A stretch of 63,356 nt of DNA, counting the filler, from Octopus bimaculoides (Eukaryota), in the NCBI RefSeq assembly GCF_001194135.2. It is 4 parts of 4 records of this genome, joined end to end, with 100 filler letters (N's around TTAATTAATTAA, not from the genome) between each part and the next. Parts side by side here need not be neighbours in the genome. Positions count along the whole stretch, not along the records: positions 24,886 to 47,302 come from NC_068992.1; 3 more parts are not named here. The stretch is one strand, 5' to 3'. Within the stretch, counting starts at the first letter, position 1. Every line of letters begins with the position of its first letter. Positions 27,021-39,529 of this stretch are shown here, in pieces. The position numbers and the translations under genes were made by a program. The notes under the pieces were generated by a model, which was not told where the DNA came from, made no database searches, and was given only the letters and a program-made list of their open reading frames with translations.

Positions 27021-28225
27021 TCGAGCGAGATCGTTGCCGGTGCCCCTGGGCCGGCTCTTGTGCGGGTGACACATGAGGTTTTTCGAGCGAGATCGTTGCC
27101 GGTGCCCCCGGACTGGTTCATGTGCGGGCGACACATGAAATCTTTCGAGCGGGATCGTTGCCAGTGCCCCCGGACTGGCTCATGTGCGGGCGACACATGA
27201 TATCTTTCGAGCGAGATCGTTGCCAGTGCCCCCGGACTGGCTCTTGTGCGGGTGACACATGAAATGTTTTGAGCGGGATCGCTGCCAGTGCCCCTGGACT
27301 GGCTCATGTGCGGGCGACACATGAAATCTTTCGAGCAAGATCGTTGCCGGTGNNNNNNNNNNNNNNNNNNNNNNNNNNNNNNNNNNNNNNNNNNNNNNNN
27401 NNNNNNNNNNNNNNNNNNNNNNNNNNNNNNNNNNNNNNNNNNNNNNNNNNNNNNNNNNNNNNNNNNNNNNNNNNNNNNNNNNNNNNNNNNNNNNNNNNNN
27501 NNNNNNNNNNNNNNNNNNNNNNNNNNNNNNNNNNNNNNNNNNNNNNNNNNNNNNNNNNNNNNNNNNNNNNNNNNNNNNNNNNNNNNNNNNNNNNNNNNNN
27601 NNNNNNNNNNNNNNNNNNNNNNNNNNNNNNNNNNNNNNNNNNNNNNNNNNNNNNNNNNNNNNNNNNNNNNNNNNNNNNNNNNNNNNNNNNNNNNNNNNNN
27701 NNNNNNNNNNNNNNNNNNNNNNNNNNNNNNNNNNNNNNNNNNNNNNNNNNNNNNNNNNNNNNNNNNNNNNNNNNNNNNNNNNNNNNNNNNNNNNNNNNNN
27801 NNNNNNNNNNNNNNNNNNNNNNNNNNNNNNNNNNNNNNNNNNNNNNNNNNNNNNNNNNNNNNNNNNNNNNNNNNNNNNNNNNNNNNNNNNNNNNNNNNNN
27901 NNNNNNNNNNNNNNNNNNNNNNNNNNNNNNNNNNNNNNNNNNNNNNNNNNNNNNNNNNNNNNNNNNNNNNNNNNNNNNGGCACATGGGGGACACAATTTC
28001 GAGCGTGGCCGTTGCCAGTGCCGCCTGGCTGGCCTTCGTGCGGGTGACACGTAAAAGCACCCACTACACTCTCTGAGTGGTTGGCGTTAGGAAGGGCATC
28101 CAGCTGTAGAAACTCTGCCAAATTAGATTGGAGCCTGGTGTTGCCATCCGGTTTCACCAGTCCTCAGTCAAATCGTCCAACCCATGCTAGCATGGAAAGC
28201 GGACGTTAAACGATGATGATGATAT
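27018..28225 (+). mobile_element. RTE-tail repeat (SINE or LINE 3' end) with an internal 62-bp tandem array
   Basis: The TCGAGC motif recurs at 27021, 27083, 27145, 27207, 27269 and 27331 (period 62). The array runs into gap 27353-27978 and resumes after it. The tail AAAAGCACCCACTACAC...GGGCATCCAGCTGTAGAAAC...CATGGAAAGCGGACGTTAAACGATGATGAT lies at 28056-28225. Confidence 0.85.
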
Positions 28226-28619
28226 ATATATATAATATGTAAAGGTAAAATCTAAGATCAAGATGTAGTATGCTTTGAGTAGTCAGCAAAAGGTATTAAA
28301 AAACAACTTTCAAGAACAATAGTGGTTTATTGACATGTAAATTTTCCCCATGTCAAAGTTCAGTAAACTGTAAAAAGTTATTTTATAGTTTACAGTTGGT
28401 AGCTGGGGTTGCTGTGAATATGAATACAAATCCAAATTAGGGAATGGAGTTGAGAATATTCAGGTTAAATATATTTCATAGCTAGCAAAGCCTTGGAAGT
28501 AGTAATTACCCAAACAAGGTAACTAGCTGCCTGTTGAGCCAAAGATACTTTAATCAAATGAAAGTTACATTACCATCGAGGGATCTCATGTTAACTCACA
28601 AGATATTTGATAAATATTT

Positions 28620-28980
28620 CTTATCATTTACTTGTTTCAGACATTAGATAGCAGCCATGCTGGGGCACCACCTTGAAAAATTTTTAGTCAAATGAATCAA
28701 CCTCAGAACTTTTTAAAGTCTGGTACTTATTCTATTAAAATCTGTTGCCAAAATGTTAAGTTATGGGGACATAAACACACCAATACCAGTTGTCAAGCAG
28801 TAGTGGGGAACAAACACACACACACATACGATGGGCTTCTTTCAGTTTCTGTCTACTAAAAGCATTCACAAGGGTTTGGTTGACCTGAGGCTATAGTAGA
28901 AGCTACCATGCAATGGGACTAAAGCTGAAACCATGTGGTAGGGAAGCAAGTTTCTTAATACACAGCCATGTCTGCATGTA
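28620..28980 (-). mobile_element. Decayed head+tail SINE (same family as 14541-15135)
   Basis: tacttgtttcagacattag..gccatgctggggcacc...gggcttctttcagtttctgtctac...gaaaccatgtggtagggaagcaag. Confidence 0.8.
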
Positions 28981-31539
28981 TATATTAATTATATACTATT
29001 TTTTCTAATTTATTTAAATTTTTAAATTAAAAAATTTTCTTGTCTTATTTCATTTTATTTACTTCTTTATTTCTTATATTTAAAGAGTTTTTTAAATGTA
29101 AATTTTAACAAATTTTAATTTGCTTAAATTTTCAATCTTTTAATTTCAATTTTTAATCCTTTTTTTCAATGTTTTAATTTTTTAAAATTCCTTTAAATTT
29201 AATTCAACTGGAACCATGTGGTTGGGAAGCAAGCTTCCTACCACACAGCCACTCTGTTTATATATTCAATTTTTTAGTAACATGCAAAAAAGAATCTTAC
29301 TCAGATAAATTCACATGACTAGAATTGCAGACATTACAATAAATAAGTAGAGAGAAAATTTTTGTATCTATTCAACATGACAGAATTATGTTTTAAAATA
29401 TGTCTGAAGGATTTGTAGTCTTACAACTGAAAATAATTGCAACAGTATCCTTCATTTCATTTGAACTGATGCTGTTTTAACTGATTAAATTTCATAGACT
29501 TTTGTAATATGGCTTCAATTTTTAATGTGAGTTGTTATAGCCCAAAGCAGTTTATTCAATAACACCTAAACTTTTAGCATATTAAATATTCAATATCTAA
29601 AATATAAGTTCAAAAATGTTCATAACATATAATAGAAGATATGTTATAGAAAACATGCTAGATTAGATGAAATAACAGTTTTGAATGTAACAAATATATT
29701 GTGCAAGGTGATCTATCCTGTCAAGAAGAGAAGTGTAAAATGGTTTTGATAGATATACAGAGTACAAAGAGATTTGGCCTAAGAGTTGGGGTTTAAAATT
29801 TAAACAATATCTCACAAATTTAATGATCTAGGATGAAGATACAGAAGGTAAAGAGACAGACTTTATGGTACAGTAGTATGAAACGTTATCAAAAGCAAAG
29901 ACCCAAATGTACTGAGTTGGGCACATACAAAACAACGTGCCTTTTCTTTTATGAAAACAGAGTAAGCATAATTGGTAATTTTTTATAATAGAAAGATTTT
30001 CACATAAGAATGAATTTGAAAGTACAAATAGTTCAAACAGTGGAATATGTTCTGTGGTGTAAAGGAAGGAGAAAAGTTCTTATAAGTAGGTCACGAAACT
30101 CCAAACGACAAAATTAGAGAAGCAGTATTGAAGAGTAGATGTTGACAGAAGGATAGATATGGGTAAAACAACAGAGTGCAGTGATGTAAATAGTCTGGGC
30201 ACTATACAATATGGGAGGAAGTAAAATTTAAATTAAGGTGTGATCATATTATTTGAAAGATGTAGGTCTGTTGAAATGTTAAGAGCTGGTGGATAATGTA
30301 GAAACTAGGAGAGAAGGGTAGCTAAGAAGGTGAAGGAGCTAAAGATGAAGGTTCCACTTCATAATAATATAGCAGCACACACAGACATGTTGAGAAACTA
30401 TACAGTTTGTTAAATGCACAGTTAGCAGTTGAGCTAATAAAGACAGTTCCAAAGTAGCTTTAACATTCCACTTTGTGCAGTTTGAGAACATATTGTTGTG
30501 AGTAGAACCCAATGGGAAGTAAAAAAAAAATTCCAGTAACATACTGTGGTCAGTCCACTCCAACACACCATATAACAAGATTATTATTGAGTCAAGATCT
30601 ACTTTCATTATTAGTCAAGAACAATAATATTTTCACCAAAGAAACAGGAATAACAAACATTTGTAGAGGATAGTGAAAAAGGTATGGTACATGCACATTA
30701 ACCCAGAATGAATGTCCCACCAGAGCTTAGCAGGCATCGAAATTGAAGATATGTGACTAAAGATACAAGAAATGGTTATAACAGCAACTTAGTTATTTCT
30801 GTCAATTTTGTCTGTACTTGACTCTCAATTTTAATTAACAAATTTTATATGGTACTATGCCAAACATTTCATGAAAGTGCAGAATTGATTAAATCTACCC
30901 CCTGTAACTTTGCTGGTTTTTATTTTATGAAACCCAAATGAAATAAAGGTGAAGATCACCCTGTTGAGATTTGAATGATGACAGTAATGGAGTGTAGCTA
31001 AACACCATTTGATCCTTCACCTTTTCTAACAGCATGCAGACATGTGTAATTTTCTTCTGAAGACTCAAATGGAAAACAAACAATATTCTTGGTAATTCTT
31101 GCCATTCGCTACAAGAGACTCCCCTCGGAAAAAGAACAATGTTCTACTACATTTCAATGCAATATTATATGATGATAAGGTTAGTGGCATCCTATTTGGT
31201 ACAAAATGTCTTCCTCCTTTTTCTGCCTCCTCCTCTTCCTTCTTCTTCTCCTCCTCCTTCCCATTCCCAACTTCTTATTCCACATTCCTCTAAATGTATT
31301 TATTGCAGCTACTGAATAACCTTGCCACCAACTTCAGCATCTTTCTATTGGAAGCAACCAATGCAATAAATGTGATGAAAGTTAAAAAGTTCATGTGTTG
31401 CTTCAATTATTATACATGCAGCCAGCTAGCCCACACAACGATGACCTTCTACAATACAACATACACCAAAAAGCAACCACCTTGACATTAGACAAAGCAG
31501 TTGTACAACAAGATTGAGAATGGTGTGACAAAAAGTTTA

Positions 31540-31760
31540 GTGAGTAATTATCATGACTGGAGACAAAGGGATTCTTTCTTCAAGTGACAGGGAATGTTGT
31601 ATGATGCTTGCGTATGAAGTGTGAAGTTGTATGGAGACTAAGCAAGAGCAAGGTATGCAGTGATATCCGAAGGTGGGAAAGAAAAAGAAATGGGTATGCT
31701 TTCCAGATGTGAAATGTTAGTATTCATGAACAACAGAGTACATGTATGAGAAATTTTTAC
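31540..31760 (+). mobile_element. Highly decayed RTE-type RT fragment
   Basis: GMLYDACV*SVKLYGD resembles the RTE post-RT motif GRLYDACVRSVMLYGSETW. Confidence 0.45.
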
Positions 31761-31984
31761 CATAGGCTTGGGAACAGTGAGTGCAAGTGGTACAAGTGCA
31801 CCCCTTATTTTTTCAGTTCAGTAGGGATGGCAATGAAAATGCTTTGAGCATTTTCCTGAAAAATTTCATCACTAAAATGAACAAGTATAGAAACATTCTT
31901 GGACTTTGAAATAATACTTTTCCATCAGTGGATTTATCTGATTTCATTGATGTGCAATTGTAATAATAACGATAATTATTATTA

Positions 31985-32200
31985 AGGCAGCGAGCCGGCA
32001 GAATTGTTACCACATCAGACAGAATGTTTAGTGGCATTCTTCCAACTTTACATTCTGAGTGCAAACAATGCTGGAGTTGACTATCTTTCATCCTTTCAGG
32101 GTTGATAAAATAAATACTAGTTAAAGACTGGTGTTGATGTAATTGACTTAGCCCCTACCCTGAAATTGCTGGCCTTGTGCCAAGATTTAAAACTGATAAT
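31985..32200 (+). mobile_element. Decayed Deu/Nin-like-domain SINE
   Basis: ggcagcgagccggcagaattgtta...ctttcatcctttcagggttgataaaataaatactag...ggccttgtgcc aligns to 9783-10013. Confidence 0.75.
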
Positions 32201-32839
32201 GATATTATTATTATATCTGTGCTTCTTTTGATATCAAGATTGAAAAAAATTGACATTGTAAAAAATTGGGGACCTGGGTTTGTTCTCCCCTACGCAAATT
32301 TCATTCCCATACTTATGACTATTACTGAAGTGTGTAAGAAAGGGGACTGAAGCAACACAAGCATTTGACACAGGCGATCAAAGTATAAGGAAGCTATGGA
32401 AGAGCAAAGGTTATCTTAGAGACTGAACTTCGTAAAAAAGACCCATAAAGGGAGTTGCAAATAGCAAGCTGCTATGCTGGAAAAAGACTCATCCTGCTCA
32501 TGCAAACAGAGAAAACATGAAAATGAAGTGATTCTACATGTATAATAATATAAAGATTCATCACCAGTAAACATACTTTATATGTCCATTCCTCTAAACC
32601 TGCATATGTAGCATTATTTCATATTATTTTAAAAAATACTGTTGCTTACAAAGAAAAAATTCTAACTAATTTATAAATTATGATTTATTGCTTTTTAGCA
32701 TCTAATCCTTCTTTCTCAGTATATATTACAATGTCATTAACTGGTTTGATAATATTAATACTAAGAAATCTAAGTTTCCCTCATTCAATACAATCAAAAA
32801 TTATCCTGCTATTTCTAAATTTCTACTCACCAGCACCTT

Positions 32840-35200
32840 AAAACAATAAAGCTGGGAATCATACAATAGTGCATGGCTTTTGTTCCCTGTCCCACGGAAC
32901 AATATCAGTTTTGCTATGTTTGCATGGAATTGATGATTCTATTGGGGTGTTCTACCAGCATTCCCTGTTTTTAAAGGTGTGTATACATGCTGATTCTGAC
33001 ATGCCTCAGGGCAGGCCTTCCTGTGGATAGCATTGTAAATACACTTTGCAATTATGTCATGCCTCAGGGCTTGTGGTATCTTGTAAACATTTTGGAGCAG
33101 CTGATGATGATGTGAGTGATATCTTCCGCTTATTTATCAGGTATTTAGTAGCTATCCCCTGTTCTTGGATAGCAAAGGCATATCCTTCTAGGTGGGATCT
33201 AATGTATCTATCACAGGTCCAGGAGAGGCTACTCTTCCTGTCAATGCTGTTGTTACCCCCTAGCTTACAGGGTATATACCCATGCATTGTGTTTTGTTGG
33301 TGTGATGTCTGCTTCTCCTCTCAAATTCTAGTGAGGTAGGCCAGTCTAACCTTCTTTAAGTCACATGAAATAGTTGTATTCTCAGAGTACTGGCACAGTA
33401 GTTCTCCAGCTCTGAATATGTTGTTGATCTCACTTTTCAGTGTGCATGGAATATATTCATTTTTTCCAGCAGGTATTGTCTGAGTGACACAGTGTGATAT
33501 ATAAAGGCTGTTTGGACTGACTTTATATCTCTAACATTGTGAGATATGGTCTTGTTACATGTTAAAAAGCAGACAGCTCTGAGTTCCATATTTTTTGGAG
33601 TCTACAGAAGTACTCTTTTTCTATTCTGACTTTAGTCACAGCACAAATGTATGCAACATTCTCATCAATTCCAAGTTACTTGTAGCTTTCATCATCAGAG
33701 ATAGTGGAGATAGACAAGCCATTGATGTACATGTTCTCTGCGTGCTTAACAATTTTTCCTTGGTTGACTATCATGTATGAGTATTTATCTTGCCCAATCT
33801 CCATTCCTAACTGTCGTGAGAATGTTGTGACTAGTTCTAATTGTCTCTTGCTCTTGATTGTATTACCAGCATATAATTTTAGGTCATCAACAAAAATTAC
33901 ATGGGTAATCATCATCATCATCGTTGTTTAACGTCCGCTTTCCATGCTAGCATGGGTTGGACGATTTGACTGAGGACTGGTGAAACCAGATGGCTACACC
34001 AGGCTCCAATCTGATTTGGCAGAGTTTCTACAGCTGGATGCCCTTCCTAACACCAACCACTTCGAGAGTGGGCAACATTAGCTTTATTTGTTTTTGCATA
34101 TCCCAGCATGTAATCTCAGCATTGTGTTAACAGGGCTGACTGTTACTGTTAATGCAAACAACTCAAAAACAGCAAAAGTCACTGTTAATGCAAACAATAT
34201 TACGATAAACTACCACCCTTGAATATGCCTGTTGATAGCTTAATTCTGTTTGTAACAATAGGTGTTGCTTTAGTAGTTGTCAGTGATAACTGTGTGGATC
34301 ATGTTGCAGTCAGACTTTCAATGGCATTCACTATAGCAGCCAATACCTTGGCAAAGTGTAGTGTTCTATCACCCATGAGTGAGGTACAGTCGAACACCTT
34401 CTTGTAGTCCAGTCATATCGTTAGGAGATTATGGTGAGGTTGCTTGGCTTCCTCAAGGATAGTTTTGTTGAGGAGGAGCTGTTCAGCACAACTCCAGACT
34501 CCTTTCTTTTCTCCCTGCTTGTTTATCGGTAGCCACATCATTTGATAGCCTGTGGACAGTTTATACATAACATTTAGGTATACTATGGGTTTATAGTTTT
34601 TGTCCACATGGGTCACATTGTTCTTGGGGATAAGAGTATTCCATGCAACAGTCAGTCAATCTGGTATATCAAGCTCAATATCCATTATTCTTTTAAACAG
34701 GTTTGTAAGAATTTCTCTGTAAAGCTTGAGCTTTTTGTAGCAGTAGCCTACTATCAGATCCCTCCCAGGTGATTTTCCACTCAGCATTTTCATAATAACC
34801 GTCAGGAATGTTTCACTGGTGATGTTATATGTTTTGGAAGAGGCGTTTACACAGTACTCACTTCATAGGTTGTTTATCCATGCTGCATCATGGCCGTGTC
34901 ATTTGTTTACATTCCAGATTCTCCACCAGAATGACTTAAAGCCTTCATAGGGAGGAGCATTTACTACCTTAATGATATTGCCTTTCATACTGTGATATAC
35001 ACCTTGTAGGTTTTGGGCAAACTTTCAGTTTGTTATTTGCCATTCGTGTAATTTTTTAGTATAGCAAAGTTTTTCACTTTACCACTCATAGATTGTTAGT
35101 GATAAGTTTTCTTGTGAGTGTTTCTCAGTGGCAGTTCCCATACAATTTGGAGAACCTATTATGCAGTCATGAACTCATTTTTAGCCTTGCATTTGATGTG
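32840..35200 (-). mobile_element. Degraded R4/Dong-like non-LTR retrotransposon (RT plus start of REL region), interrupted by an RTE-tail repeat
   Basis: Minus-strand peptides: VYHSMKGNIIKV..FWWRIW; KNYKPIVYLNVMYKL..KKGVWSCAEQLLLNKTILEEAK; ITHVIFVDDLKLYA..LGMEIGQDK..ESYK; MHG..IDRKSS..SHLEGYAFAIQEQGIATKYLI. These are R4-clade RT signatures, with many stops and frameshifts. Confidence 0.8.
33909..34070 (-). mobile_element. RTE-tail repeat inserted in the R4-like element
   Basis: catcatcatcgttgtttaacgtccgctttccatgctagcatgggttggacg...ctggatgcccttcctaac is the reverse complement of 28075-28225. Confidence 0.9.
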
Positions 35201-35399
35201 TATGTATGCATGTACATACGTACGTATGTACATATGTATGGCTCCAAGGTGGCTATAAGATGTTGCACAAGCACTTATCTCTCTCTCTCTCTCTCTCTGA
35301 GTGCACTACTTCTTATAATAGAAACAGCTGTTACAAAATTCTTTCCTTCTTATCACTAGTGAATGTGTATGTGTCATATAAATTTTTTTTCCTCATTAA

Positions 35400-35765
35400 T
35401 TTTCATTTTCATTTTTCAGCATCAATTTTAACAAATGAGTCAATAATGTTTTTCCCTCATTGTTCACAACTTCTTGTCAATGTTCCACTTACTTGTCCAT
35501 GCATTGATTGTAGGAATAATTAGGTCTTGTCTCAAGGAATTCATCAAGCCATATTTTCAGGCTCCATGCTGTTGTTGAACAAAACACCTCACACACTTTT
35601 GGAGAGTGATTGTAAAATATTATAATCTGAAGGAGAATACAATGGGTGCAGACCTTTTTAACCGAGATCTTGAAAAGCATTTTTGGTGAAATTAACAATG
35701 TAGGAATGAGTGTTGTCATGTTGAAGAAGCACACTCTGTTGCTGGTCAAGTCATTTGAAACTTAC
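35400..35765 (-). pseudogene. Mariner transposase C-terminal fragment
   Basis: Minus strand: SVLLQHDNTH..TKNAFQDLG..LHPLYSPSDY..SL..GVLFNN..GKNIID, matching the mariner HDNARPH...YSPDLAPSDY motifs. Confidence 0.7.
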
Positions 35766-38700
35766 ACATCAAATGAAAGTGACAGTATCATAAGACCATC
35801 TCTTTAGCTTGGATTGGATGAGCTATTTCAGTTGTTCTCCATTGAACTGAATAGGCTGACCAGAACATAGAGAGTCTGTGTAACTGAATTTTCCCCTCCT
35901 TGAAACAGAAAATCCATTTCTGTACAGTTCTTTCTGTAATAGTGCCTTTTCTGTACACAGCACAAAAGTTTCAAACAACTTTGGCAGCTTGGAATCTTGA
36001 CTGAAAGTGAATGGAACTGAGTGCTGAAAATGTTCAATTTTTTTTTCAACTTAGCACTCCATCATCTTATGTATGAATAACAGTAAAATTTATTCAAACT
36101 TCAAAAACAGTAAAAAAGAAAGCTGGAGAAGAAGAATTGAGCTACAAAAAAAAAATATAAAACACTATAATGAATTTTTTTATAATTCAAATAACAAATG
36201 AATTTATCTGACAATCTACATACATGCACACACACACACACACACATGCGCGTGCAGACACACACACACGATAAGAAATTAATCATGAAAATTAATGGCT
36301 TCTAAAGAGTGTGTAAGTTATATTTTACATGCTAAATATATCACCCTAAAAGTGATTATAACCATTAAGTTAAGTATCATAAATGTCTTAGATGTTACTC
36401 TCAATGTAAAACAGTAAACACAAACCTTATAGTAAGCCTAATGAAAAGCACACACATGTTAATAGAGACTATTGTTCTTCACTCATAATCTTTACACACC
36501 TGATAAAAAAAATGGAAAAATATTCTTTAACTTGTTATTGAATACAGAAATCTTCAATAATGCAACCTATAACATTAAAACGCTATCAGATAATGGATTC
36601 AAAGTAGGAACAATAACAGATACTGCAACATTATCTGGTTCACATCCCCTTTTCTCTTAATCTTTAAGTTATATTGTTAAACATATCCAAGCCATAATTA
36701 ATAAGCATTTCCACATTAACCCTTGGAAAAACTTAATATGATATAAACCAAATAAATTAACAGAGTCAAATTTAGATACAGAAATTATACAAAAAGTTGA
36801 GGTTATGCATAATTGCAAAAGATTTCATACTCCAAAACCATCAATAAACTATTTAAATATTTAAATCAGAGATTGTTTTCTAAATGTCACTTCAAGTGTA
36901 ACACCTGAAACACTGAAGACCCATTCCATCACAGGATTGATTTTATTAACATTTAGCTGTTTACCTGGAACAATTACATAATTTCTCTATTCTCACTGAA
37001 TAAGATTCCAGGAAATAGTGTCAGGGATCAAGTCCCAGAAGTGTGGTAATCCATTTTCGACACTACACAATACACAAGAATAAGAAAAATGAATGTTAAG
37101 ATAACAACTTTTACATGTTCTTAAGTGGCTAAAATGACATTGCTAAGAAACAATTCATAAATGGGATTACCTCCATTGTTTCCAGATGTCCAGTGGTTGA
37201 GAGAGTGTTAAATGAGCAGCTACTTCACATTGAAATAATTCTATAAATGACTTGTTTCATCAACCCCTATAAAAGTGAGAAAGTGAGCATGAAATTCCAA
37301 AAGAGGTCTTTGTGAGTTCTTGGTTGTGTGATTGAAACAGATGATTTACGTCTTTATGTTCATACAAATAGTGCAACTGTTTAGCAACATTAATGATCAC
37401 TTCCATTTTATTTCAAATAGACTCCATTGATACTTGAAATCCCTCAACATTTTAAATAAAAGAATAGAATTCATTCCAAATATCTTTTATATTTTTCACA
37501 GTAATTTTTACTGAGGTGCATTTATAACTTTTGGTGTACCTAAAACTACGAATAATTTTATAATTCTTTTAGTATTCAGCTTTATTCCTTATCAATAGCA
37601 TTTATTAACTGAACAAAAGCATGCCAAAACTGTTATGTTTAAATGTTGCAATAATGCCTTCGTCCATTCTTTAAAAAAAGTATTTGGTGACATAAACACT
37701 AATCTGTCATTTTTAATGGTAATGTTACAGAGACTGGTAAAGTACAAAATTTATTATCTATGATCAGTAGTACATGAAATAAAATGTTTTCACCTTCACA
37801 GTTTTCCTTTTTAATTCAGATCCGAAATGATGCATCAATCAATCTTCAAAAAGTGTAACCTAAGAACTTTATGTGTATATGTGCTTTCAATTGGATTGAA
37901 AGTGAAACTTTTATGACCCCTTTAAATTGTCGACACTACACTTCAGTGGGTCTTAGTTTAATATTTAGTTACATTAACTTCAAACACTAAAGTTATATCA
38001 ACTTAGCTACTTAAAGATCGAATTTTGATGACTTACTTTTCTCAATAAGATTTCTTGCTGGTAACATACTTCCAAAATAAGCAGATATAATCTACATTCA
38101 TTGTCTGTGAGTGCATGCAGCCATATTATTATAGTATTTCTTCCAATGGTTTCAGGAATAAATTTTCTTGGATGTCAGCACTCCTTGAAAATTTATATTC
38201 TGCTATGTAGCTGCTTTTTTTAATATTCATAAAACCTGCTCCTACTTGTATTAACTGTTTCTTTCCAAGTGTCATCTTTTCTTTTTAATGTTATAAAAAT
38301 AAATGAAGCTTTCACACAAATAACAACTTGCATAATAGACACGTTTATACATTGCTTAGATCAGTTATCCATGAGGATAAATTTGAGGAATAAGCATGAT
38401 CCCTCTTGCATTACAAAGATTTGTAGCTTGCAAAAACTACAGACATATAATTTTATTTAAATATTTTTTCTTTATCCATTAAAATCGTAGGTTCAGATGA
38501 CTAACTCCAAATAAAATTTGAAGGCAAGCCTTTAACAGTTGTTTTCTATATTTTTATCAATTCATCAGAAGGTATTTTTTCCTTCAAAAATCTTGTTTTT
38601 CAAGCTATTCTTTAAATTAGCAGCAACATTTTCTACTGTTCTAGCTCTTTGTGTTGGAATGGTGAATTGGTGTAAGTTTTAAAACAAAGCGTAATGGAAT

Positions 38701-39529
38701 AATTTGCAAAGTAACTAAACAGACAAACATTCAATTCACTGGCATATTATTGATGCAGATGGCAGTAATTAGGTTTTTAAAGCAATCATTATGAATATTT
38801 TCAACAAAAGACTTTTTAAAATTTTCATTTTTATAACTAGAAGAAAACAGAGATCTTCAAGTAGGAGATCATTAAGCATATATGCACGTGTATGTGGCTG
38901 TGTATTTAGCATATGATCACACATGCACAAACACACTCGTATAAACACATATGCTTAGAATAAGAACCAGGCTTACAAAGAATAAGTCCAGTGGTCGATT
39001 TCTTCAACTAATGAGGCAGTGCTCCAGAATGGCCACAATCAAATGACTAAAACAAGAATATATACATACATTAATCTAAGTATACAATATTACAAATCCA
39101 TTACATTACCTGCCAGTCTGCCCAGGGATGGCATGTATGGAAAAAGATGTCCATACTTTTTCAATACCTGTCTACTCTGAAGAATGCATTTATTTGACAA
39201 CAGTCCTATTATTTCACATCCGATATGAAACTTAAAGGTAAGATCTATTGACAAGTACAGGAGCGGTAATTTGTTTGACTTATGGATTCTTAACTGACTA
39301 CATATAGATGCATGTAGACATGGGTGTGAGTGTGTGTAATGTAAAGGAATAGGGATTTGGAATTCGAGCAGGTACCCTTTTAGCACTGTTGTAAACCAGA
39401 TCTGGCAACCACATTGAATGATAGGGAACATGCAGAATTGTTTATGATTAACAATTACGTGGTACTTAATAAACTTTAGAGGAGATATAATTCTATAATT
39501 TTCCACTCTTCTTTATACACACACACACA

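Noticed and set aside
27018-27352. CRISPR-like array
   Set aside because: The units are contiguous 62-bp tandem repeats without unique spacers, in a eukaryotic retroelement context with no cas genes.
36965-38200. Candidate minus-strand coding exons (e.g. 37240-37170, 37062-36997, 38180-38035)
   Set aside because: Splice-like motifs exist, but frames hit stops or are phase-incompatible, and the peptides match nothing I recognise; this is expected by chance in AT-rich DNA.
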